The notes: generated by a model from the sequence alone, not told the origin. A stretch of 63,647 nt of DNA, filler included, from Choristocarpus tenellus KU-1152 (GCA_964200185.2; 11 parts of 11 records of this genome joined end to end with filler, not necessarily neighbours in it), one strand, 5' to 3'. Positions 25,819-39,900 are shown, numbered from the whole stretch's first letter. Program-made: numbers and translations.

Positions 25819-27565
25819 GCCCCAAAAGCAGCTACAAAACGGCGCTTCCGGCCATTTGGCCAACAGAAATCCTCGGAGGAGGTGCCAGTGGGAGCTGTCA
25901 TTGGGGCTCCATACAATGTTCAGCACATCACACACGTCAAGCCAGACCCAAGGGCCAGCACAGGTGACAACACAGGGTGATGCCACCTAGGAGGGGGGTT
26001 TTGTTTACTTTTAAGGCCTCAGAAAATTGCTTTGTAGGATGTGTGTTTTGAGCACTTTGAAAGGTGGTTTTGGCCTATGGTGTGTTAGCAACTGGTTTTC
26101 TTGTCCACAGTCGCACCCTTTGAAGGGGGGTTAATTGCATTCTGGACATGAGCATGGTGTACGTTGTGCAAGGTTAGAAAGGGTCTTGAATCTCGAAAGG
26201 GCTGAAATTGACCTTACTCTGAGATGAGTTCGCTGACAGTAGAGTGTGGCATGGTGGTGATGACTCTACTATAGTGCTAGTTGGATCAAGGCCTTTGATC
26301 TCGTGCTGGAGTAGAGGAGAAGAGAAGATTTATTGATTGCCTTAGCTTAATCTCTCTGTTGTTCTGTACTTTTTCACTGTTAAGGTTGTTCCGAACGGCA
26401 GTTTGCATGTCACCTTTGTTGCATCAGAGGGATAGACAGTCCAGTTCTTTTTTGAATAATAACATACGTTGAGTTTTTTTTCATGTTTTACACTTTTATT
26501 GTTGCCTATTGATTCAACGTTGGTGATGTGAACAGTTGTTGTTTGGAACGATTCTCACTAGGTCCTGAACTGCGCAGGAGGTTTGAGTATTTGTTGTGCA
26601 TATTTGCTGCTGAGAAGAGTGTTTCCTACTTCGAAGTACAGGACATACTTCATCACAAGAGGGTGGAGGGAGGGGGGGGTTGATTAGTAGCATGTCTGGC
26701 TTTATCATGTAGCAGGTTTTTATGAAATACCCTGATATATATGTGAAGAGCCGTTATCTAGGCAGAGAGGAGATATTTTTGTTCATGAGGAATAGCTGAG
26801 TGGGGGCTGGTGACAGTATTGATAGAACTAATTCAATCCATTGTAAGACACAATAGTAGCTCTGTCAGTGTGGGGGTGGAGAACGATTGGCATTGCTTGT
26901 TCAGCCTGAACATGACCAAGTATCCTATACTGTGTGGCATGTGCCCAAGCACACTATGCAGCAGAACAGCAGTAGCCACCGAGAGCTCTCATTATTTGAA
27001 CCTTTGTTTCCCAACCACGCCATAAACCTACATCTTGTCCGGTTCTCATCCTAAATGCAAGTCTTGTCCTCCCAGACCTCTCCCCTATACTGCTTCCCTT
27101 GACTTTCTCTGGTTTGTTCTTCTATCCCCACGATATTGTTTCACATCTTGTTTTGCCTGGCAGAGAACTAGCTCTTGATTTCTTTTTGTGGTTAGTGCAG
27201 TGCTAGCACGCACTTGCGTATTACGCACACAGTCATGCCATGTGCCCTCAACTAATCATTCTCTCTCTCTCTCTTGTCTCTCTCACTCTCTCATACTTTT
27301 CAACCGCTTTTTTTTTTCCTCCAAAATTGCGGAAAAAACAAAAAAACCCAATGTGAACAATAAAAAATGTATGCAAGGCTTCAAGGGCTTGCCCCCGGAG
27401 TGGCGCATGGTCCTGAAGGCGTCAGGCATCACCAAGGAGGAGGCTGTGGAGCACCCTCAGGCAGTTCTTGATGCTCTGGCTTTCCACATGGATGGACCTC
27501 AACCCAAGTCGAGTATCTCGCAAAAAATGCCTTCAAGGGAATCCATGCAGAGGACACTTGCTGAG
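25819..27565 (+). CDS. p21-activated (PAK/STE20-type) kinase, CRIB/PBD-encoding exons (kinase domain not in contig)
   Basis: Exons 25819-25963 (AVIGAPYNVQHITHVKPDPRAST) and 27378-27565 (GFKGLPPEWRMVLKASGITKEEAVEHPQAVLDALAFH) splice in phase to a canonical PBD. Confidence 0.88.
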
Positions 27566-29164
27566 GTGAGCATAAGCACTGTTAAGGTGCATTTCATCTG
27601 GCGAGGAGGTATGGGTGGGGAGGGCATCTGATCGGGGCTAGGGGGGGTGTGACTCTGGGATAGGTTGTACTTCAGTATGTTGTACTTATTTGAAAAAAGT
27701 GTACCTGAGAAAGTTTACCCTAGGATGAAGGACTTCTTGGGTGAGCTAGGTGCACGGAGTATGTGAGAGGTTTTATTTTGTTGCAGTTCTGTGTATGCCA
27801 ACATTTCTGCGTGTATGTGACATGGATGCATGCAAAAATGCAGTGACTCTTGACAAAGTTGCTTCGGTTCCAGTGAGATCTTATTACGCCAGTACGCATA
27901 ATATTATGTACTGGGAGGTATCTATCACGGGAAATAAACGTTTTGAGAGTGAATTTGTCAGGTGGCACCTGTGGGTATTGGGGTCCAGCATCCAAGTTTG
28001 GGTGGGCTGTTCTACGATTGACTTAGTGTTGTGTGTGTGCATGCAACTATGTAGACACTTGGTCTGTATGTGTTGTGAGTCTTGCTTGTACACAACATGA
28101 AAATTTACTTGATGCTTACTATGTAGCATGGACTCCTCCTTGCATGTGTCCAGAGTCTCATCTATGGTCATATGATGAGGTTACGGGTTCCAATGTTTGT
28201 TCTTGCACCCCTCAAATTCGTTGAGGGGGAAGGTTGATGGGGGGGAGCGGAACACCTGTTCAGAGACATNNNNNNNNNNNNNNNNNNNNNNNNNNNNNNN
28301 NNNNNNNNNNNNNTTAATTAATTAANNNNNNNNNNNNNNNNNNNNNNNNNNNNNNNNNNNNNNNNNNNNCCCCCCCGAGATACTTTGACCCCCTGCCCTC
28401 CACCTCCTCCTCCCCTGTGAGCTGCTGTCTCTTTTTGATTCGGCCTGTTAATGTCAATTCCATTTTAAGTGTGCTGAAGTATCCCCGACAGTCATGCTAG
28501 GATACGCTACGTGACAGTGCAGACTTGGCTCTTGTTTATTTGTAGGATGCGCTAGCAGCAGGTGCAAGCTCTTCTGACTTGTTCCTGAGGTCTTCCGCTC
28601 CTCGCACTTCTTGACACCTGTGCTCTCTCCTCTTGCCTACGGGAGGTACTAGGCGGCGACTTTCCTCGCTAGTTTCCTTCCCTCCTCACCTCTACCACAC
28701 AAAAGCTCTCCCGTGCAAGAAGAAAGATTGCAGTATGGAGTAGATGAGACTGCGCCCCATTGGCCCATGGCGTTTGTGCTGTACAACTGTATCACCCTAC
28801 GTTGTGAAGTAGTGTCTGGGAGTACTTTGTTGTGAGTGCAGTAGCACTTTCGACTATTGTTCGACAGCAGTGTATCCTTTGAAAGTAGCAGGTTTTACGC
28901 TACTTTTGAATGGTAGTCGAGTAGGTCTCGTTTATTTTTTGAACAGTGTGAGCAAGCGACGGAAGCCAAGAGGTTTTACGGAGTTTCTTTTTGTGAAGGC
29001 CTTTTATGTCGAAGATTGGCCGCTGATTTCCGACTTCATGGGGAACACTAAGATGACTTCTCACCTACCGTAGGAGGTAAAGCATTGCTGCAACGTTCTT
29101 TCCCAACCTTTTTACTCCAACCCCCCAAGCAGACACTTCAACACCGTATGTGTGTGTACAACTA

Positions 29165-29165
<1 letters not shown>

Positions 29166-29231
<66 letters not shown>
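29166..29231. repeat. (TG)n microsatellite
   Basis: About 33 TG units in a pfkB intron. Confidence 0.98.
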
Positions 29232-29232
<1 letters not shown>

Positions 29233-29348
29233 AATGCCTTCCCCTGCCCCTTACAAACACCTATCCTCGTTTTATTCCCCCCTCCATCGATCGACCTCTG
29301 TGCTGGTCTCAACCTGGCGTGTTAATAATGTACCATTCAATTCAACAG

Positions 29349-31274
29349 CGGGCTTCTACAACTGCCCTTGTTTGTGGAAAGACCTCCCTGGGCTTCTTGA
29401 GGAGGCAAGGAGGGAGGGGTGCACATGTTCGCTGGGGCCGCAATATGATGCCTCTGAGCAATGGCAAGGGCTGGAGGAGATCTACCCCCTCTTGGATGTG
29501 TTTATCCCCAATGAGGTATGGGGAAGGGTGTACATGTAGGGAAGGTGTAAGGTTCCTTGGGGGGGAAAGGATAGCAAGTTCATTGCTAGGAGGCGTGTCT
29601 CTTTTCCTGGTGATGCGATAGTGCTCCAGGGCTCTTGGTGATCACTACAGGGTTCTTTTCAAGTGCTGCTGTGGTTTGATTTGTGTCCAACCTCTTGACA
29701 CGTGACATTTGTGGTGCATAAAGAGCAACAGGAATTACAGGACTGACATGGCCTTGGGAGTCATTGTCTGTTTCAAGCCTGTTGTCGACCACCCTCATGC
29801 GAGACGACCGTTTTGGCTTCCAACTGAGAGAAGGCGTACCAGGCTGTGTGCGCACTCAAGCCTGCTTGAGGGGTGTCAACATTCTACCTTTTTCGAATGG
29901 CGTGTAGAGCGGAGTGTCGCAGTACACATGGAACAAAATTGGAGGGTTTCAGTGCAGTGTGATTAATGTGTAGGTACCTTGACCTTATGCTAACCTGAAC
30001 CATCTTAGCTGCTGCAGTAATCGGTGCATCTTACACCTTTGACGGACATGACATGCCACAGCGAACAAACGCACTAGTATTTTGATTTGTGTTGAAGAAG
30101 TGGACTGCTGCTTTGCGGGTGTACTTGGTGAAGCGAGACGCTGTGGGTAACAACACGCCATGGACATATGATACAGATGCACAATTGCAGGGCACATGCT
30201 AGAATGTATGAAAAGTCTTATCTTTCTTGCTGACCCTTAACTATAACTTAAAAGGCATCGTTCCCTCCCACATGCCAGTTAGAAGCTAGGAAGCTCTCGG
30301 GGTACCATGATATCGAAGAGGCTGCCAGATTTTTCATTGCGAAGGGGGTCGGCCTGGTAGTTATAACCCAGGGGGCTGCAGGGGGATTTGCCATGCAGAG
30401 CAGAGACAGAGAGACTGAGACAAATGGCACTGGGGGCAGTCAGTCGGAGAGGCTCAGGGCAGAGGAGGGACATACCCGGTGGGATCAGACTTGCCGCTCA
30501 GTGAAGGTGTGAGGCTTTTTGTCTCTTTGTGTCGGTTGCACTGTGTTTACTGGGGCTATGATGTGGCGAGAATGATACGGATGACTGTGGAGTGGGTACG
30601 CCCCCCTTTTTGATTTTGCTTTGGAAGGGAGCGTAATGCACAAGTGCCTGCTTCACAGTGTTGGTATTATCACGGACGGACGGACGGATGGTTGTACTTT
30701 TGTGCCCTGTTGTAGTCACAGTCAATTTCGAGGAGAGCTGGTTGTATACCTTTTGATTGTGGGCAAAGTGGTATTGGGTATCGTATAATGTGTGCAGATA
30801 GCTATGTGCTGCGTTCTATGCATGTACTATGTATGAATAACAGTGGTGTGTACATTTTCGTTTGACTAGTGCTTACCAAGATAGTACCAGTTATGTCCAG
30901 CTCATCTTTTCTCCCAAGTAGATGTTTTTTCAGAGCAGTGCATAATAGAAGTATGTATTTCTAGAAACCACTGAGGTGTTCTCCCCCTTTCTTGCTACCT
31001 ATCAGCCCACTATTTACCAGTCCTTATGTCGACTCCACAACCAATGCCCTCACTCTTATCTCAGGTGGTTGATACCACAGGGGCGGGTGATGCATTCTCA
31101 GCAGGTTTCCTATATGCTTGGAAGGTGACGGGTGGAAATGTGCAGACTGCACTGGCATGGGGGTGTGCCATGGGAACCAGTGTAGTGTTGAAGGTTGGGG
31201 CAAGCGTTGCTCTTACATTGCAAGAGATCGAAGCTAACCTTTGCTCTATCATGGATAGTGACAAGGAGGGTTAG
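29349..31274 (+). CDS. pfkB/ribokinase-family carbohydrate kinase, 3' exons
   Basis: Exons 29349-29515, 30279-30506, 31065-31274 in phase; LDVFIPNE-LEA, VVITQGAAG, and pfkB signature VVDTTGAGDAFSAGF. Confidence 0.93.
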
Positions 31275-31827
31275 GTGTTTTTTTTTTAAAGTTTGGATGG
31301 GGGGGGGGGGTTCTTAAAATGAATGTAGGTTATAAAACCTAACATCAATTTTATGAAAAATTAGGAGTACTTTTTAAAATGTGTTTCAATATGGAATGCG
31401 TGGTGCATTTTAGCACTGTTAGGAGGCGTTTGATTGAATCGAAATGTGTGTGCAGCACATGAGCTGGGCCGCTTGAATCACCAAGTAGGTTTTGAAAGTG
31501 AATTGCGCTGTGCGGTTTGAAACGAGAAGAAAGGCATTGATCCAAAACGTTTCAGCGACCATCTCATTTACTGCTTGAATTAGACGAATCAAATCGATTG
31601 AATTGTTGCAACCTCGCAAACACCATCCATACATTTTTTTTTCTATGTGAAAAACTTAACTGCCGTGCTGAGCTCGATGGGGAGCAGTGATAAGGAAGTA
31701 TATTTACATACGTCATTTGAATGCGATGTGTTTGTACACGATGGAGTGGTACCATCAATGGTTTTCGTATATTGCCTGTATAATTTCTGCATCATCAATA
31801 GCCTGTTCGATTGCCACTGCCTTGTCT

Positions 31828-32192
31828 TTACACAGCTGATACCAATGGTTCAAATGTGGGAGCGCCTGGTGCAGCTCCAGCAACTCCTTCAGTCCTTCCC
31901 GTTTTGAAGCTCTTTTGGCTGATCACAACTGCGGAGAAAAGCGCACCTGTGGTGAGGGTTGTGTCTTTCAAGGCCAACGCCCCCTCAATTACAATGCACA
32001 CCCTTCTGTTTTATGTCTGACACTTTCCATTCCACAAACATTTCATCAGCAGGCTTACCCTTGAGTCTCCCCACCACCCTCTGTCCAGAGGGTGCTCCCA
32101 TTCATTGATGTTCTTGGTGCTGGTGGTGAGGCGTACCGTACCAAGTTCATTGACGCAAAAGTAAGATGGCCAGCAATCCGTCAAGCACATCC
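31828..32192 (-). CDS. Last two exons of an unassigned gene convergent with pfkB
   Basis: Exon 32192-32059 (MCLTDCWPSYFCVNELGTVRL...GWWGDSR|GTAAG) and exon 31983-31828 (GALALKD...LVSAV*) in phase, using a GAG acceptor. Confidence 0.45.
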
Positions 32193-34273
32193 CTAGCGCA
32201 GGTCAAAACGGAGATGCCTACCATACAATATTTTTCAGACATGTGAATAGTTTTCATTAGTTTTTCCCCTAGCACATCTGGAAAATGTCAGAGGGCCTAA
32301 TAATATAATAGTTGATACAATTTGATTGGTGACCACAAAATGCTACGGCGTATTGATTCCTATGTCTACATTACAACTTCTTTCATAACTTAAGCATCTT
32401 TCTTTTAGCAACCCCACTCATTGTTTTTGTTACAAGCAATGCATCAAAATATATGGTTTCGAGAAACCTTTAGTGTCCATGGCAATCTGTTACAATCGCT
32501 ATAATGATAGTGTCATCAGTGTGCCTAGTAAATCGGCTCGAAGTATCTGGGGGGGGGGGGTAGGAGGGCTCAAGGATTCTGGGGATACCTTCATCACGAA
32601 GACTATTCGGGTCAAATCGAGATTGTGGTCATAGAACAGTTGAGTCTCGTGCAAACACTGGGAGACGGCTAAGTTTTGTGTCACCTGTGACGCTACTAGG
32701 TCTCAGATTGACACGACTTGGACTCGTGTCAAGTGCTTGAACTGTTGGGAGGAGGGACTACTGCAGTCAATTTCTTTACAGGGAACAGTGAATCCGTCCG
32801 CTGAGGTGGAGGTGTTGACTTGGGCAGGGGAGCAGCGCAGCAAGATGGATGGAGAAACTCGGGGAGTAAATGTTTCTCTAGGCACTGTGGTAGATCCAAA
32901 TGAAGGGGGAGTGTTTGGCCCTGAAAGGTGGTGTCTTGACTTTGGGACATCCAAGAGTATGACTAATGATGCGACCAACACACAAATTTCCAAACCCTGT
33001 TGTGATGGTCGTTGCATGATGTTTGCGGATGTCTCTCAACCATCTATCGAGGGGTACAGCATGCTGAACCTAAATTTCAAGGTAGTTCCGCATGAGAGCG
33101 TACATGTCATGTTGGAGTCAGTTCCTCTAGTCCCTGATCTTGCGTTTAATCTCTTATCCCCTCCCTCCAGCTGTGTATCTGATGGGATCAAAACGAAAAT
33201 GAAAAATGCCTACTACGTAATGTTCGTCGATAGTGCTGCTGATACACTATATATATACCACGAGTGGAGGAAAGGTAGAGCCAGATATATGTTTCCATAT
33301 ATTTCAGTTGAGCCCTACCCAACGTTCATGCATTGCAAGGATCTGATACTAGATTATCCGTTGATATATCATATATGGTATATATGATACGTAGATACGT
33401 GTTAGGCAGGGTCCAATCAGTCGTGGGGGGTGTTCAGAATCACCAGTTGTGTCATGGTGGGGTGCTACTCAGCAAACCCAAAGCTTTCTCGGTTATCAAA
33501 TCCTAGGAAAAGTTTTGATGGGGTCTCAGATCCGATGGATGATATCACATCTTTGTGAATGTTCAACCGAAAGTGGTCTGAGGGTCCTCAACGTTTATGT
33601 GTTTGATATTGGCGGGAAAGTCACCAATGACAAAGAAATGTGCGCGCAATGCACTTGTGTGTGCGCGCGGATGTGCACTTGGACTGAGATCAGATCCCAA
33701 AGAGACCTGTCCGTCACATCACCCCCCCCCCCCCAGTGTGAGNNNNNNNNNNNNNNNNNNNNNNNNNNNNNNNNNNNNNNNNNNNNTTAATTAATTAANN
33801 NNNNNNNNNNNNNNNNNNNNNNNNNNNNNNNNNNNNNNNNNNGCTGGTGAACTATGCGGGCGGCAAGAGACTGTATTGCATCCTACAACCAGCATACCGC
33901 ACTCCTGCACCTCCCACAGCTGATACATCATTCGAGGAACACTGTGCGTATGATGAATACGTCAGGCATCGCGAAGCCTTGTGGTTCCTGCTGGGACAGG
34001 CCACGAGGGGTGCTGCAGCTATGGTGGTCAGCTTGTATGGTCAACACGTACGAGAGGAGGCAGCCCCGACAGGAGGGCAGCCTGTCTCGAATTAGAGCAG
34101 ATCTATTGAGGGCGCGCTGTGAGTCAGCGGTCCATGCAGCTCATAGCTCCAGAGATGAAATTGTGCGACATGTACTGCTCATCAGTAGAGGACACTGCAG
34201 ATTTCGTCATTGGTCTCGATCATATCTGGACAAGAGTACGAGCAGCTGGAGGCAGCCAAGATCATGCCAAGAA

Positions 34274-34600
34274 AGGAGCTCTGATCATTGGCATCAGGGA
34301 CAGCATGCTGTAGGTATTTGCAGATGTGTCCGTGTGGAGGACAAGAGATCCCCATGCAGCTCGACAAGATAGGAGCTCTGATCAATGGCATCAGGGACAG
34401 CATGCTGTAGGTATTTACGCAGAAGTGTCCGCGAAGAGGACGAGAGATCCTCATGCAGCTCAACAAAGGAGGAGTTCTGATCATAGACATCAGGGACAGC
34501 ATGCCGCAGGTATTTGCGCAGATGTGTCCGTATGGAGGACGAGATCCCCATGCAGCTCGACAAAGGAAGCACGGAGGACGAGAGATCCCCGTGCAGCTCA
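34274..34600. repeat. ~98-bp tandem repeat x3.3 inside the copia element
   Basis: AGGAG(C/T)TCTGATCA..GCATCAGGGACAGCATGC at 34274, 34371, 34470. Confidence 0.9.
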
Positions 34601-36162
34601 CCGGAAGTCAATGCATATTACCGCAATCAGGTCCAAATGCTGAAGTTGCTATGAAGGCCACCATAGCCCCCTCGCTTGCACCTCATGCTCCCCACACCGA
34701 TGTTGACATTAACCTCTTCCATAGCTCTTTTGGCCCCGCACACGAGGCATTGCTCAAGTCCACCACCACTTCAATGGGTATTACATTGGTGGTTGAGCTA
34801 GAGTCATGTGCGAGCTGTTCTATGAGCAAGAGTATATGGAAGGGCGCCCGGTCCAGCATGTCTACAAGGGCGGTAAGAAAGCTGGATCGGGTTTTTTCGA
34901 TCTAAGTAGGAAGAGGGCTACCCTATCAATCGGTGGTAACAATACACCATGATAATCCGGGATTACTATTCTCGTCTTGTTTGGTTATATTTCCTTCGTG
35001 CTAAGTTGGATGCTGCAGAAGCCTTCAAGAAGTACCTGGCCGATATCCGGGCTGATGGTACTCCCTCTTGGATCATGTGCGTGCGGTCTGATAATGGGGG
35101 GGAATTTAATGAGGGTGCTTTCAGCGCTCTTTGCCGGGATCGTGGTATAAAACAGGAATTCACACCTGCAGAGAGCCCTCAATTTAATGGGGTTACTGAA
35201 CGCATGGTGGGTATTATTGACGAAGCTTCATTAGCTGCCCGCCTTCAAGTGCCACTACTTTTCCCCCATGTTACTATCCCCCAGACAGACTCTCTATGAG
35301 CTGAAGCTCAACACTATGTTTGTGAATCGCTCAATCGCACATCGACCATGGCTAACCCTGGTTACAAATCACCATATGAAATGTGGTGTGGCACCCCTAC
35401 ACCCCTGTTGACCTACCAATTTCCTCAAACTGGTTTTTGTCGTCTCAGTAAAACCCGTAAGACTTTCCAAAAGGCTTGGTGTTTTTACCTTGGGTCGGGG
35501 ATCAATCACCCCCGTGATGCGTACCATGTTCTTACTTCAACCGGTGCCATAGTTACTACACATAACCTGATCTGGCTGTCTTCTAAGGACCCTAGTCTTG
35601 CCCCAGTAGGAGAGGTTGCCTCTGCTTTGGGAAAGGGGGGAGGGGGGCTTGATGCAGACCCTCGTTCTAAGGACGAGCTCTCCCATCCCAAAGCAGGAGA
35701 CTCACCATTAGATGTACGCAATCTATTTGTTGATCTCGCTCCTCCACTTTATTCCTCTCTGACGACTCTTCCTGCAGCGACGGAAGTAAGGACAGGTTTG
35801 TTTTAGGTGAGAGGCCGTCCTTTGGTAACAAAGGAGACAGTTTGACTAATGATCCTCCCCCTGGTGAAGAAAGTGTAGGTCAGATTGTCAAGTATCTGGC
35901 TGTTGACCCTTCCCCTGGTGATGGGGAGGGAGGTCAAGTTGACATGAGTCTATCCAGAGACACTACCCGAGATGGTGAAGGGAGTGTAGGACATGTCTCA
36001 TCCTCGAGTTCACAGCACTTGCCTCAGGCAATTGCTGACTCAACAGCTGCCCGTACTGCAGCTCGCCAGTTGGACGACTTTCGTCCCAACCCAGTCCTTG
36101 AACCTTGCGTTAAGTTGGGTAGGACTAGATAGGATACTCGTGCCAGAGCTGAAGGTAGAGCA

Positions 36163-36418
36163 GAGCCAAAGTATCTTGGAGGGTAAAGCAGCGTCCATTT
36201 GGGGGTCAAAATCCAACGTTACGATTTTGATGTTTTGACTATCGTGTTTGTTAGGAAGTGTCAATATCTATATTTCGGACACACGTTCTCATATGGTATA
36301 CTTTTCATCTACTCCGAAACATTTTGGAGTAGGGAAATGTCTTAAAACCACCCATGCGAAGCCTAGCACCAAATGGACAAACACGGCAAAATTTGTACTC
36401 TCTAAGATACTTTCACTC
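36163..36418. mobile_element. MITE family 1 copy C (inside copia)
   Basis: GAGCCAAAGTATCTTGGAGGGTA...TCTAAGATACTTTCACTC; perfect TSD AGCA. Confidence 0.95.
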
Positions 36419-36681
36419 AGCAGGTGTTGGTGATGTGATGTCTCTTATTGCTAGTGTAGAGAGGCAACATGTTGCTTATGCCCTGGTTGTACAGCCCACC
36501 CCTGAGTCAGTGTTGATGAGTACCCCCCTGCATGGTCGTTTGGTTTCTGAGTTGGGATCAGCCCCTCAATCTCTATGCTGAGGCTCAAAAGTCTGAATAC
36601 TGGCCGGTATGGGAAGAGGCTATGTCTAAGGAGTTCCAAGGTTTATTGGACATGGGTACCTTCAGTACTTCAGATGTACCT

Positions 36682-36974
36682 TGTTAAAGAATGTGTAGAA
36701 TCCTAAGTCTTGATATTGAAATAAGTAGATTAATTCCTTCTTAGTTATGTTGTAGAAGGTAGAAAGTTGGGTCAAGATATATCGTTCAAAAAGGGGGGTG
36801 ATAAACCNNNNNNNNNTTCTTCTTGTTGTACTATAATAACCCGGACAATATTTTCGTAGTCACCTGACAAAGACAGTACTATCAATTATCCCGTCATCCA
36901 ACAATAGTTCAACAACTCAATGTTTCTCCCACAGAAAAACCTTTTACACATGAATATAAAAATTATTCTTAACA
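36682..36974. mobile_element. Solo LTR nested in copia RT (contains an N gap)
   Basis: TGTTAAAGAAT...ATTCTTAACA (TG..CA inverted ends); 5-bp TSD TACCT/TACAT. Excision restores DVPLGRKAIGSKWVFKWK. Confidence 0.8.
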
Positions 36975-39900
36975 TACATCTAGGTCGTAAGGCCATTGGT
37001 TCCAAGTGGGTATTCAAGTGGAAGAGTGACCCTTTTTGGAATGTTTAATGGGGCTAAGGCTAGGTTAGTTGCTCAAGGTTTTGGTCAAGAGTATGGTCTT
37101 GATTATTTCGAGACCTCTGCCCCCACTCCTTCCCTCTCATCAGTTAGACTGATGGCCAGTATGGCATATGAGTTGGACTTGCCTTTGTGACACCAAGATG
37201 TGGAGCAGGCATTTCTTCAATCTGACTTGGATAAGGACGTGTACATGCGCCTCCTACATGCGCCTCCGACAGGGATGTGGAGATCTATCTTATACGACCG
37301 TACGCCTTCACAGGTCCCTATATGATTTAAAGCAAGCCTCTAGGACTCGGAATACCAAGCTGGTTTCCACCCTTGAGCGCAATGGTTTTGAGCAGTGTCT
37401 GATTGACCCGTGTATATTTAGATTCAGGAAAGGTGGTGTTATCAAGATGATGCTTGCCGTTCATGTAGATGATATGATAGTTTTGGTGTCTGGTGATCAT
37501 TGCGATGATCTTTGTGCTACTCTGAATGAAGAGTTCCCCACCAAAAAACTTGGTTTATTGTCTCAGTTTTCTGGTAGCACTTACACGAGAGATTGAAGCG
37601 TGGTACCCTCTCCATTACTAAGACAAAATACATTGACAACTTGTGTGAACATTTTTCTATCCAATTAACCACTCCCATCCCTGCAGCCCCTTCCAGAAAG
37701 CTTGAAATTAGGGAGGGGGACAAGATCTGAAAAGATTGTCCCTTCCGAGAGGCGGTTGGAGGGTTGATGTGGGTCAGCAACATGACCAGGCTAGATGTGG
37801 CTAATACAGTAAGAGCTGTTGCCCGTCATTGGCATGCTCCGAGCCAAGTACATTGGAGAGCTGTGACCCAGATCCTCAAGTATCTCAAATGGATGCGAGA
37901 GTTATTTTAGCAAGGTTTTTGTCAATTGCTTTGTGGTCCGATCAATGCAAAGAGGGGAGGAAAAAGGATTGGGCCATGGCAATAAAGGTATTAGAGGATA
38001 GTGGCAGAACGCACTAATCGAGATGAATCTAGGTTGCCACCAATCCAATAAAAGCATGTGTATGAGGAGACATAGACACAGACTCTTCAGGAAGATATTA
38101 AAATAAATATACCAAATGTATAAAGTCCGTTGATTTAGATAACGTCCGACCTCTCCGGCACAATATGTCCGTCGAGGCATGTGTCTGATTGGCGAAATAG
38201 AGAGGGACTCACGAACAGGAATTGGCCTAGGTTGCTCCTCAAAGTTGTGTCTCTCGTCAGTATGGGGGCAGAGTGGGACTTGTCCAGAACCAGCCCCATG
38301 TAGGAGCGTCTTGGTCTATACTGTAGCATTCGACAAGAAGCTGGATATTTCGCAAGTCGCCATTCTCCCATTTAACCTCGTAGGGGTAGCTGACTCATTC
38401 ATCTCCAACTTTCACCGTGTAGTGGGGCTGGTACTTGGTCACGGTCCCTCGCATCCACTGATCGTCCCGTCCGAAGCATAATCCCCTGCCCTTGGCACCG
38501 GCATTGAGTGTTTCTCCCTCATCTAAATCCGGCACAGCCCTCAGTGTCGGTTCTAAGAGTATATATTTCTCCGTACCCTTCTCCATGTCAATAAGCTTCC
38601 ACTGGCGGCCAACCATCGACCGGCGGCGTTGTCTGACACGCTGGGCTGCATCCTCGACACTGTCCGTCTTTTTTTCTCCCGAAGCTGGTTGACACCCTCC
38701 TCTATCTTGTCCTCTGTAATGTACGACCTCAGATGAGGGGGCAAAGATTTTTCGCCATCGTCCGGAAGGTAGGACACCGAGTAAAATGTACGCCCCTGAA
38801 CCGTCCATGTGAACATCGCTGACCTTCCCCTGTATGATAGACTCCCCACTCGCGCATAGGATGAAGCTGGTTCCCCGGCCGAACCTAGCGTCGGATGTGT
38901 CCCCAAGTTTGAGTTGTCTGGAGAAGCGAGCAGGCATCCCACCGAGGGATTGCCGGTTGGATTCTGAGGTGGACCTCTGGTATTGGCCAGGCAGGATCGT
39001 GAATGTGTTGTTCAGGTGGTTGTGGTGGATGTCCGTGAAGTCCGGGGCGATGATAGCCTGAAGGGGCACAACGTGGGGACCCGGTTGTGCGTCCTGCATC
39101 ACCACAAAGATGTTCGTTGCTGGGGCTGTGTTTGTGTGTTGGACTATTGGCATGCGTTTGCGCGTGATGGCCTTGTTTGGTTGTATAGGGGTGTTGTTTG
39201 TTTTGGTTTTGAGGAATGGAGAGTTTTATGTAGGATAGAGGATACACTTAGACAGCGAAATGAAGGAATGGGATACGCTTATTTGTCCTATGGAACTTGT
39301 AACTTATTATGTGAAAGTTGACGATTGCGGTTGTAGAGGAGGAGAAAAAAATCACACTGTTGTTGGATGTCAGGGTTGGACGTTATGGGAGGATTTAATT
39401 TGGGTATGAGGGGATATCAGGGGATATGCAACATCTGTATATAGACAGCGTGGATTCATTCGTGTGGAGCATTGTCCTCTCTTGGTAACAATAAGAAGCG
39501 TTTCTCACCTTGTCCGTCCGTGACATGCAAATAGTTGGCTCTCCATCAACAAAGCTAGCACTCAGCACCTCGAAGTCTTCAGTGACAAAGACGACCTCAT
39601 CTCCAGCACTGGACATCCCTCCATAGCTGGAGTGGTGCCTGGCGTTCCATTGAATCGTGTCCTTGCGGTGAACAGTGAACGGCAAGAGCTCTATACCATT
39701 GTACTCCGATGACTGCGTCTGCACAATGCACATGTTCCCCTCAGCGAGCTGTCTCTTCTTTCTCGACAGCTGGCGTTTCAGATACATATCGCCCGTTCCT
39801 GTTTCCATGGAAAATCCGAGGTCTATCTCCTTAAGCGGGGGCACGTGGGTTAGTTGCAACCTGCATTGGGTCAGGATGCCAATGGAACAGTTCGTGCAGT

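Larger units (their letters stand above)
33843..37896 (+). mobile_element. Degenerate Ty1/copia LTR retrotransposon (gag remnant, integrase, RT)
   Basis: Pre-integrase H..CASC; integrase DYYSR..WLYFL, VRSDNGGEF, TPAESPQFNGVTER; RT IGSKWVFKWK, KARLVAQGFGQEYGLDYFET, LKQASR, DPCIF, AVHVDDM. IN-before-RT order; many stops and frameshifts. Confidence 0.95.

Noticed and set aside
32737-33387. 216-aa plus-strand ORF
   Set aside because: Non-ATG start, no recognisable motif, and nearby splice signals favour a minus-strand gene; cannot be supported.
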